Shown here in pieces: positions 23,228 through 33,991 of a DNA stretch of 64,000 nucleotides. The notes beneath the pieces are model-generated. The model was not told the origin of the DNA and made no database searches. It worked only from the letters and a program-made list of their open reading frames with translations. Both the position numbers and the translations under genes were made by a program. Origin of the DNA: Macrostomum lignano (taxonomy: Eukaryota). Positions within the stretch are counted from its first letter, which is position 1. Every line of letters begins with the position of its first letter. The stretch covers positions 186,001-250,000 of the forward strand of contig NIVC01000346.1 of assembly GCA_002269645.1 (NCBI GenBank), given 5' to 3'.

Positions 23228-24064
23228 ATGGCTGACGCCCCGGAGCGGGTATACCCAGTCAAGACAATTTACTCGGGAAAGAAAAGAAGAAGAAGTAGCC
23301 CCGATGAAAACGAACAGCCACAAGTACGATCGGTACGAGCAAGAGAAGCAACTGAGAAGCCCATAGAAGTTCAGCAGCGAGAGGAAGTGGACAAGGATAA
23401 AGAGGCTGGAGAGTTGGTTGTAGATCTGAATGGAGTAGACCTGGAGGAGGCAACGAGAAGGCATGATGAGGAGGTGCGGCGAGAACAGGAGGAATTCATG
23501 GCAGCTCTACTGGGAGTAGAATTACCTGAACTCGAGGAAGAGCTCAGCCCGAAGAACGACGCCCCAGCAGAAGTATCGGAACCGCAAGAAGTGCCGGAAC
23601 CTAAGGAAGCGCCGGAGGCGAGGCCGACGACTAATGAGACTCCGGTCGATGTAGCTATCTTCTTCAGGGCCGACACACCGCAGCCACAAGACCTTGCTGA
23701 AAGCAACGAGCAGCCAGGAGCAAGCCCACGAAGTTTCAGGAAGAGTACCAAGGCGCTCAAAAAGTGGCTGCTAAGAACAGGCAGCACTGGCCACTACGAC
23801 CCGGCGGTGCCGCCAGAGTGTACTCGATTTCTGGCCCAGGCCACCGCTGAGCAGAAAGTCCAGTGTATGGAAGTCGCCTGCACGTACGCCCTCCAATATG
23901 CTGAGGATAGGGCTAGGGGACCATTGTCGCCCTTCCAAGTAAGTGAGCATCTCCGGGCCATGGTCGAATTATTCGACCCAAAGGACAGGCGAACCCCCGC
24001 GACTGGCCTCCTTTACCAGTGCTCTCAGCGCGCGCCAACTTGCCGACCGATAGGGCAACTCTAA
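23228..24064 (+). CDS. Extra ORF3 (278 aa) of the retrotransposon, not env-like, function unknown
   Basis: ATG 4 nt after the previous stop; KKRRR, acidic/Pro-rich middle, Cys-containing C-terminal region; no signal peptide or TM segment; lies inside the element before the PPT. Confidence 0.7.
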   Translation: MADAPERVYPVKTIYSGKKRRRSSPDENEQPQVRSVRAREATEKPIEVQQREEVDKDKEAGELVVDLNGVDLEEATRRHDEEVRREQEEFMAALLGVELPELEEELSPKNDAPAEVSEPQEVPEPKEAPEARPTTNETPVDVAIFFRADTPQPQDLAESNEQPGASPRSFRKSTKALKKWLLRTGSTGHYDPAVPPECTRFLAQATAEQKVQCMEVACTYALQYAEDRARGPLSPFQVSEHLRAMVELFDPKDRRTPATGLLYQCSQRAPTCRPIGQL

Positions 24065-24637
24065 TAATAGACAAGGATTAACATTTCAGCTTTATTAACC
24101 TTTTTCTACACAATTAAACAAGCTTTAATTTTTTCTTCTTCTTCGATGTTGTATGCATTTTTTTACACAGTGCCATAGTGCCATTTATTTTATTTTTTTC
24201 TCAAAATTACTGCACCGCTTCTTTGCCTTACATATATATTTACATATCGACATTATTCAGGAAAGTAAGCCTATATGTTTAGTATTTGCTTAATATTAAT
24301 CATGCTCTTCAACCCTTACTGGTTATTAATCATTACTCAAAATTTATTGCTCAATTAATATTGTTATGTATTGCTCAATTATTATTACTATTGCTCACTG
24401 CTCAATATTATTGCTCAATTAATATTGCTATGTATTACTCAATTATTATTGCTCGCTTCATTAACCATGCTATCATTGCTCAATTATTAATGCTCATTCT
24501 TACTTGTAATCCATTAATCATGCTCAATTAATATCGCTCGCATGCCATTACTCAACGAAACTAATATTGTCTGCATCACTTTACTTGAAATAAACCCGAT
24601 AATAACTAAATATGCAAAGGGGTTTGCACATTTTTTT

Positions 24638-24650
24638 AGTGGGGGGTAAG
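24638..24650 (+). promoter_or_regulatory. Polypurine tract
   Basis: AGTGGGGGGTAAG immediately before the 3' LTR TGTA. Confidence 0.75.
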
Positions 24651-25372
24651 TGTAGTAGGGGGGTTTAGTTCAAGCAGTTTTGCTAAGGGCGTTTGCCAAG
24701 GTTTCCGATTCGTCGAGTCAATTATTTTAGTAGCATGAATTCTAGAATAAGCAGTTTTGCTTTTACGCTACTATTAGTAGTTCACCTTCGGGAAAATATC
24801 TGAAGTTATGGAAATTCGAGTCTTAGCGGGTTTCTCTATTAGTAAAAGGCTGTTTGGCCTCGGGAAAAGCATCCTGTTCAGGACCATCCATTGGACAACG
24901 TTTGTAAGAGATCTAAGTCTCAAATAAGCCAGACTAAGGGAGTCTCCCCTTTATAAAATAAAAAGAATATATATAAGAAAGTATAAAAGGTAAGATCGGG
25001 GTAAAATAGGGAGACTAAGAGGAGTCTACCGCTTAGTCAAAAACGGAGTCTACCGAGAATAGGAATTAGTATAGTCAAGTTAGATAGAAGTACGGGAAAG
25101 GAACCAGGAGTCTACCGGTTCTAATAACGTAGTAATAATAGTGCTTAAATCTTTGCATATTTGGTTCAATAATATCATTTTCTTTTGTTTGTTTATTCCA
25201 ATAATCTTCCATGAAGTCGACTCTTGTCTCACTTATTTTAATCTAAAACTATTATTATAAGGGACATTAGTCTGGTGGCAGCAACCTACCAAATTAGAGT
25301 ACAGGATAACAGAAGTAATAATAGAAAACAGAATAAACCAGTAGCCTAAACCACAGGTACCACGCTTGTCCA
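24651..25372 (+). repeat. 3' LTR (722 bp)
   Basis: TG...CA termini, followed by TSD GTAT. Confidence 0.95.
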
Positions 25373-27367
25373 GTATTAATAAAACTTTAAAGGATATTTA
25401 AGCAAATCATTCCACAAATTACTTAAGCAAATTACTCAAAACCTTACGAAATCATTATCATTTTGAACGGTACTAAAACTATATACGCGCTCCACATTAA
25501 AGACAGGACGAGAGCCTCATCTGCGGGCGGTCCAAGTTACAACACAATCCGGATTCAGGATTAAGCTGCTTGAGTTATGAACTCGTTAACAACACTTAAA
25601 CAAAAGTGGACGGCAATGCTGATCTGTTTGTTGAGAAATCAGCAAGCGAAAGATAAGTATACTCAGCAACATTAAAAAGTCGCCACCCGGTGCCCCAATG
25701 AGCAGTGTCTTTCGACCAGTGTCTATCACCTGGCCAACCATTTTGATATAAAAAAATGCTTGCAGAAACAATGAAAACCGGGTGAAGCTCTTCAATCCAT
25801 CCAATCTTCGTCCTCCGCTCTTCCCAATCCCTCCTCACCCAGCCCAACTCTGCGTGTGGCGCAAGTTGCGTCACTCAAAAGTCAATACTGAGCTAGAATT
25901 CACTGCGCACTCTCAAAAGTGGCGACTTCTTAATGTTGTTGAGTATAGATGAATGTAGACTCAATTTAATCCAATTAATGACAAAATCGATGGGGATTAC
26001 TTAAGAGCTGGAAAAGTTACATGTGATGGGTTTCGGCCTTTTCGGCCCCTTTCTGAAAGCCTTCAATATAGCCTTCAATAAGCAAATAAATCAATTAGAG
26101 TCCTGGCCCCCCACCTGTCAGATGGTCAGCCCCATGGTAGCTTGATCGTGTGGCGAGCAGTCTAGGTCCATAGCTAAGAGAGGGACAGCGAGAGACAAGC
26201 ACGGAGAATTTTGAAGGTAGAGATCAGCTAATCCGCAGATTAACTAACCCGCTGCCACCAGCCCGTGTGTCCTGCCTCACCAAACCAGAATTTTCGAAAT
26301 CGGGCTTCCGACTAGAGAGGGCTTAGCGCACTTACCTGCCAACTAGTGTCTTTTTGCTGTCAATCTCGAAGTCATAGCCGATTATAAGGGACACTGCTGG
26401 GACTTGATCGCATTGGCCATGCAGGTACAGAGGGGACTTGTGAAGGGGATTCTTGCAGTGGCGAGACTGTGGGGTAGCTACATGTACTATTACATTGCTA
26501 AATACGAGAAATCGTACTTTTGGCCTTCAACGCGCCAACCAGCCTCTCCTAGCGCTGATGATAGGCTAACTCGAACATCGGAGACCGCAGGATTCATTAC
26601 CCGAGCCGCTTGGCGAACCTAGAGTGCACAGAAGTACATCTCTGGCGCCGATTCTGCACTATTGGCAATTTTGCTCACTGATTTGATAGATTGATCGACT
26701 GAGAACTGCCTTGCCATTGGTCCACTGCGACCGGCGCCTACTAGCTTAGCTACTCATCTAAGCCATCGGCGAACACAGAAATAAAACCGATAAAAATAAC
26801 TGTCAGATTTAACCTTCTCAATGAATCACTTCACACCTCAGATTAAATGGAGCTTCAGACTACTAGCAGTATTATTGAATGATTTCTGCCTCAGTAACAG
26901 CACTACTGAACAAAATGAGCAAAAGTCTGCGCCTAATCCAGCTACTGAAATAGGGGACAGGTAAGGAATCACCCGATCAAGCAAGTCTAGGTAGCCTCTC
27001 ACCCAACCAATCAGAAACTTAACAACCGGAGACCAGGTAATCCACAGTGACCGAATCGCGGCTTAGTGCTTCGCAGCTGTAGGCCCGGGATGATGCTGAT
27101 GTCACAATCTTCGCAGATAGCTAGCAGGTGATGTTCTTAATCTTGATGTTCGCTGCTGACGACCGGGGGGATTCGTCCTTGATGATGATGAGGAGAGTCG
27201 CGATCCGGGGATCAAGAGACGACGGTCGGGCTCCGGGAGGTCTAAGTTAGGCCAAAGTCCCAGGAGGCGGAGCAGGCGGTTGAGTCCGAGCGGGCCAAAA
27301 ACACCGGTTTAAATAGCCGCCAACTGGACCGCAATTTGTAGGCCCGGGCTAACCAGGTCTCGCTCGA

Positions 27368-27921
27368 TAAAGACTGGGATCCTGTTGTGCCCGGGTGCAC
27401 TTGCACCGCTGGGTGAGTGCGTTGGGGAATTTTCGATTGGCTCGGATAGATTTTGTCACACCTTCGTCGTCGTTTCACACATACTGCATCACTGCATCCT
27501 TGGTGCAGATTTTTTCCGTTGCCAAGCAGCCAAGTTGGATTTTGCCAACTTTCAGATCGTCACTTCAGTAGGAACTTTTCCTTTTCGTATGTCTTCTGGG
27601 CGACCACTTCTCTGCCGGATAGTCATTTCGAAATCGGAAACAGTTCCTGCAAATCGGTCTCAAACCATTCGAGCTAAGCTGAGTCGGAGAGGAGTGAAGA
27701 AGGAATTTCGGTTCTTAGGAATAGCAGAGACCCGCTCCCAGACTGAAGGCCACGTGATGCTAGCTAGGTCAATTGTCGTGCCCTCTGCTGATGGTACCGT
27801 CCCTGTCAAGATTACGAATGTGTCGGGAGAACCTGTAGTACTGACAAAAGGAAAGCAGATTGGCTGGTTCTCGCCCGTCCATGGCAGCCAACCAAATCAT
27901 GATGAAGCACCCAAGGCACAA
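27368..27921 (+). pseudogene. Isolated Gypsy pol fragment (protease C-half plus pre-RT spacer) of a second family
   Basis: HHCILGADFF and VMLARSIVVPSADGTVPVKITNVSGEPVVLTKGKQIG; flanked by a 20-bp direct repeat GCTAACCAGGTCTCGCTCGA (27348-27367, 27922-27941). Confidence 0.7.
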
Positions 27922-30900
27922 GCTAACCAGGTCTCGCTCGACAATTGTCACCTTGTCAATTGGTGATTGGCCAACAAGTTGGTTGTTGATAATGCTGTCT
28001 GGCGGGAGACCCTAGGGCTTACGCTAGGCAGCCTAAATAAATAGAGAAATGCTGGCGGTGGGCAGGGTGAGCGTGTGCCCGTTGACACCTGACACTAGAC
28101 TTTACAGAATCAACAAACTTCAATATCGAAATCTCAATACTACTAATTGACGAACTCGCTGCCTTGCTCACCGCCGTGCCGATTGGAAGTCAAAGTAAGA
28201 CTCACGTCTGTGTTCATTAATCATTTGGGTCTCGAGCAAAGAGGGTACCGTACGCTCTAGGGACGGACTGACTGCCTTACCTCGACGCGATCCCACGCTC
28301 AGTAGCGGAGTTAGTCCGGTCAGTGGGCTGACGCCATCTCCAGGCTCGTTCGCTGCAGAACAATCTTAGGGAGCTGTTCGATCACGTGTAGTGACACATC
28401 AGTTATAATGGAACACCTCGACGCTGATTGGCTGAGCCGATTTGTTATAACGCACGTCGAATTTTCTGTTTGGCTGAGCTTCTTGCCACCCAAACTCACG
28501 TGACCAGAAGATCCTATCAGTTCCCTCGGGGCCATAAAAATACGACAGGTGCGGTCATAAATCACTCAAAATCAATGATTTATGACCCAAAAGCCGCACC
28601 TATGTTTTTATAACTACGAGTACTAGTATAGCAAAATCATATAACTAGTATGAATTCTAGGAAAATTACATAAAGAGAAGAAAAAAGGCCCATAGCCTGT
28701 TGTTAGTATATAGTAGGCTAGTAAGTTTGAAGCCCATGTGCGAGCGTGAAGTTTGGAAAAAAGTGCATCCTCATCACATGTAAGCAAGGCAGGGATCGAG
28801 TAGCCGGGGAAGAAAAAAATCAAAGAAAGAAAATGCTCTCGTCTTTTGAAATATTGTACAACAACAGCAGCAAAACACATTGTCAATTACGGTTTTTAGA
28901 AGGCTGCAGCATCATAGCGCGCCTCTGGGCCAGGTCGCGAATGCAGGCCACGCGGCCGACCGAATCCGAGGCGCCGGCGCCAGCAGGCAGATAACGAAAT
29001 GCCCAGTGCGGACGACAGGACTGCCCTCACAGAACGAAAGGTAGCCGAGTCAATACCGCGGCGATGCGGCAGATCCTCGCGGACGCCGGTAACCAGACCG
29101 TCGAGGCAGATGAACTTAGACTGGCAACGCGCACAGAAGCTCCCATCGCCTAGCCTGCAATTTTGTGCCGAGGTGCAAGATAGACAGGCCTGTCATACAT
29201 GTATGTGTCATATTACATGTCGTTCGGCAAGCAGAGGCAGCAGAGCACGACTGGGGTCCAACAACCAGGCCGACATTGATCGCCGCAACAGCAACCAGCT
29301 TTTTAGTCGTCGCTGGGCGCGCTCTCGAGGCGAAGATCGTCGGCTTAGGACGTCAAGTACGCTGATCGCGGGCCTCTTCGGTTGTCGGCGACCCAGAAAG
29401 CCGCAGAAAGTCTTCGTTTGTAGGAAGAGAGAATTATTCACACCACAAAGTCAAGCACAAGAACAAACAATTAAAAGTATCCTGAACTTGAACCCTTTGA
29501 ATCTCTGCCATTGAGTAAAGATCTATAGGTGCATGTGTACGTTACATGTATACTACCGCGGTAGATCTGATCTTCCGCAAACATTTCACAGAAAACAATG
29601 CATTAGCTTTTTTATCGAATTTCAAGCGTCTACAGCCATCACCCTTACTCAGAGGGTCAGCCGACCACCTTACTCCCATATTCACCATTAGTCTGAATAA
29701 AACACTTTCCTCTGTGTTCACTTCTGTCCTGAACTCTGTTTGTTGCCTGGTCTCTTGTCTTTTGAAAAAAATTGAATTCTCTCGTAGCCACAAGAAATTT
29801 CAAAAGTTTATAAACAAAAAAGACAGAATTATTTTATGTGGAATTTTTGCTAGCTACTACACGAGCTAAAAGTCCTGTAATTCGGTTGCAAAGTTATGCT
29901 TTTCACAATAAGCCATCTGTAACGTTTTGTTAGTTAGAAGTAAGTTTAATCCTTATATTTAAATTCAATTTTTTAGACCTTAACTTTGCGCAAGTTCATT
30001 AGCATTTTTTGATAAATACCAAATGTTGGTTTGTTAAAATTGAATAACTTCCAAGAAATTTTATTCATATTTGAACATGTAACTTAAAGTATTTTTGCTT
30101 AATTAGCTACTACTTTAATTACTTTGTGTAACCTCCGACCATGCAGGCCGGTCTTGGTTGGAGGATCAGCCTTCATACGAATGCGACGTCGTTATGTGTA
30201 ATATTAACAAATGAAATTTCCTCCAGCATAACCGTAGCAACCTTTGCTAAGTAAATATATGCTATTGCCATAATTCCAAAGAGAAAGTAGTAGTTTAAAC
30301 TTTAAAGCAACTAAATGTAACTGTAGTTAGTAGAAGCAATCACTCCAATCTACAATGTAATTCAATCAGTGATTGTAGTCACATAAATGGCTTAATTGAC
30401 AGTAAAAATAGGCCTTTACTCATTAGTAGTAGAACTCTTATGAGGGTAGGCCTATAAAAATCAGTGAAACTTTTAATTTGAAAATTATGAACTTAGTTTG
30501 CTAAACAAAAAAGAACATTATGATACTATCTGAACTGAATGCTGACTGTCTTAACTGAATGTCTGACTGTCTAAATATATTATATACTTTGCATTAAAAA
30601 GTTAAACTATATTTTGATAGTTAAAATAGACCTAGTCCTAGGTTTATTATAATATACAGTCTGAATATTCATAACAAGTCATAAATATTTTCTTTGTCTA
30701 TGATATGACTATCATAGACAATAAATACCATCTTAGTTTCTTAAAGCAACTAATAAATTTGGCATCATTTTCAAATAAAGTACATTTAACAGAGAAAAAT
30801 GTTGGCTTTAGACCTAATTTTAGTATATAGGATCTAGATTATTAGGCCTAAGTTTAATCATTTTTGTTTAAAAAAATTTTTTAACTTAAATGTTTTTAAT

Positions 30901-30975
30901 TCTGTTTTATTATCATAATATAGGCCTAATATACCTATAGTAAAGGCATTTATTCTGTTTATGACTAGGCCTATA

Positions 30976-33074
30976 CCAGGTTGCGGATGGCCACCCAGTC
31001 ACCCTAAGTGGATGAACAAAACAGCCACCCTAAGTCCTTGGCATACACAATTGGCGTACATAACCCTTGGCAAACTTTGTTGGCGTACACTATTGGTATA
31101 CACAAGTAACATAGCCACGCATACTTTTTTGGCATATAAATTTTGGTGAATAAGTTCATGCCATACATGAAAATTATAATGTAAATTAACGTTTTTACGT
31201 AAGGTAATAGAAAATTTGTATTGTCAGTAAAAAAAATTTTGCTTCTTTGAAATTAACAGTAGGCCCCTAAATAAAATTAGTGTAAATTTTTGCTAAGAGT
31301 ATCAATTTTTTTGCATCCCTTTTGGAATAAGTTTAAAAAACCTGTGGACACGCGACATGGGTATCAAAATTGTGCCCTCAAAAGTGCAACACAATACCAA
31401 ATTTTGTTGACTGGGGGACGGCGACGCACAATGAAACACCGATGTCTGTTGACTGAATGACCAGGGGTGCATTCTGCTATTCACTCCCAATACTAAGACC
31501 ATGGGGTGAAGGACAAGAGTATTCCTTTCAATTTTATAGAAAAAGAAATGAAATTAAAAAACAATAAACAGTGAAACAACAAAGGTACAACACTTTAGTG
31601 TTCCGCCGTAATTACGGCTACGGCTATGGCAAATTACGGCTACGACACTTTTGAAGCCGTATTTTCATTACAGATTACGGTTACGGACATATTTTGAGCT
31701 TACGGTTACGGTTACGGATTACGGAGATTTTTCTAGACTTGCCGTAATTGGTAGCCGTAACAAAAAATATCTATTTTTAACTGTTTAGTGTTATAAAAGA
31801 AATTTTTTTTATATCAACTTCAACCAGTTTTCATTTTGTTTTACTAGTTATTATTATTTTTTACATTTGTTAAGTTTCTAAATATCTACGAAACTTTTTG
31901 AAAACGAAAAATGATTTTTTTCACAAATTTTCTCATTAGGCATCCGGCATAGCATAGCATAGCGATAGCATGATAGCAGCGAGACAGAGAGAGCCAGTCA
32001 AAGCCTGCAAGAGACTAAGAATCTGGCATTCTTATTTCTTAGCCATATGTAGCATTTAGCTCCTTGGCATATTGTAGCGAAACAAAACAGAATCACAACA
32101 CAGAAAACTGAAAAAGGCACCAAGCACACAATTGCATACAACAATGCTATAGAATACTTAGATAAAGATATTATATTTACGAAAAAAATAAATTAATATT
32201 AATGCATGAACGAACAACAAGTACGTTTTATTGCTATCCTTTTATCCTTTTTATCTGTCCTTTTCTGTCTGCCCCACTTTTCATGCAAAAATATCAATTT
32301 TTGTTATACATTACGGCTACGGTTACGGCAAATTACGGTTACGGACTTTTTTAGCCCGTAATGACGGCAAAATTCGGCTACGGAAGTTGCTTCTTTCTTA
32401 CGGCTACGGTTACGGTTACGGAGGTCAAAACTCGCGGCGGCGGAACACTACAACACTTAGAAAAATAGCGCATGCATTGTAACTAACAAGTAATATTTCT
32501 AAAAATTATATTTAAAGCATTAGTTACTTTACTGTCAAAATAATAAAAAAACAATTCAAGAACTAGTTATTATCAAACATGTTTGAAACGTTTAAATACC
32601 AAAAAACAACCAGGAATATATAACAATGAAACATAGTTTGTGAGGTTTTGGTTACAGATCCAGGCCACAATGCATCACATGACGACGCCAGTCACCAAGT
32701 TGCCACTGTCGCGTCACGCGATGCGACACATGACGACACCAGGTTTCCACAGTTTTGCACGACGCGACACCACTTGACACCACTGTCGCGCTACGTGACA
32801 CCAGGAGAATCCAAAAATGCGACGGACGGTCATCCAAATTTTGTCAACTTATTCCAATAGGGTTTTGCATCATATTATTTGTAGGTATTAATATTTTCAT
32901 CATAGTGTTTTTCATAATATTTTAAAAACACTTTTCATACAGAAGCCTTTCTTAGAAAACTCTACTTGTGAAAAACCGTATTACCTTTTAGGAATTTTTG
33001 GTGTACATTGGCATACAAAGTCCTTGATGCCCACATTTGGTCCGGCGTACACGGATACATGATCCGCACGCTGG
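30976..33074. mobile_element. Non-autonomous hAT-like DNA transposon (outer)
   Basis: 8-bp TSD GGCCTATA (30968-30975, 33075-33082); imperfect 13-bp TIRs CCAGGTTGCGGAT / ATCCGCACGCTGG; subterminal GGCRTACA repeats. Confidence 0.75.
31596..32450. mobile_element. Non-autonomous hAT-like element (855 bp) nested in the previous one
   Basis: 8-bp TSD CAACACTT (31588-31595, 32451-32458); perfect 13-bp TIR TAGTGTTCCGCCG; subterminal (TTACGG/CTACGG)n. Confidence 0.85.
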
Positions 33075-33991
33075 GGCCTATAGAGAATATTTGCTTCTAT
33101 AGGCCATAGATAGGAAAATGGCATATATGCTAAAAATTTCTAGGTTAGGCCTTATACTTTAAAAATTGGCATACATATTAGGGTATAAAACCAAGATGGC
33201 CATAGCTGGGATAGGGTTCACAGAAAATGACAACTGGTTTACTATTAGATAGTGAGGTGGGGGGTGGAGAAAGAAAAATAAAATTTGAAGTTAGGTTTTC
33301 TTCAAAACCAGTCAGCGTTGCATTTGCACAAGTAAATCTAGAAAATCATGCAGACAAATCACAATTGATATAGTATACTATATCAATCTTCAATAGCCCC
33401 TCTGTTAATTTAACAACAGATAGTATAATTCTTTACCTCATATAGCTCTTTATAACCTATAATTTCCTTTTTAAACTAAGACTAAAACAAGCTTTCCTTG
33501 AAGTTTGCTTCTAGAAGACTAAAGACAAAAAATTAATGTATCAAAAGATTGTAAGTATCTACCACTGAATTCATTTTTGAAAAGATATAACAAATAAAAT
33601 TAAGTGACAAAAAGAAATAACTAAGAAAAATGATAAGATTGGAATGGAATCATTGTGGAATGGAATAAAAAAGGTATAGATTAGAGCAATGTTAAATCTT
33701 TGCTCAATAGTCAAACTTTCAAGCCATAGACTCAAGGCAGCAGTTGTCTTGAGTATAGCACTCTGCCACTCTGAATTAACTCAATTGCTCATCAACTCAA
33801 ACTGACTTCATAAAGCTGTGTTATATTATGATTTTTTGTTAAAATTACTTATTACAAAACAAGTTGAAACCCATCTCACAATCAAGTTTTTTTTTCAATT
33901 CTCAATGTATATTTGTCTGAGATCTTACACTAAGTATGAGTTAGCTTTGATTTATTGGCACTCAATTGATTTATTGCTGCTTGATTTCCAG

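Larger units (their letters stand above)
1777..25372 (+). mobile_element. Full-length Ty3/Gypsy LTR retrotransposon with nested insertions in its 5' LTR
   Basis: TGTA start at 1777 and CA end at 25372, flanked by a 4-bp TSD GTAT (1773-1776, 25373-25376). PBS, gag, pol (PR-RT-RH-IN order), PPT and 3' LTR are all present. Confidence 0.95.

Noticed and set aside
23228-24064. ORF3 as env
   Set aside because: No signal peptide, furin site or transmembrane anchor.
25400-27340. Possible minus-strand gag/protease relic (VIDTG..DFL at 25586-25804; degenerate knuckle-like words near 27080-27340)
   Set aside because: Motifs are too short and need assumed frameshifts; no LTR or PBS was found.
28890-29420. 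GC-rich island as an exon or as the first exon of the Smad-like gene
   Set aside because: No recognisable protein and no convincing splice pair in any frame.
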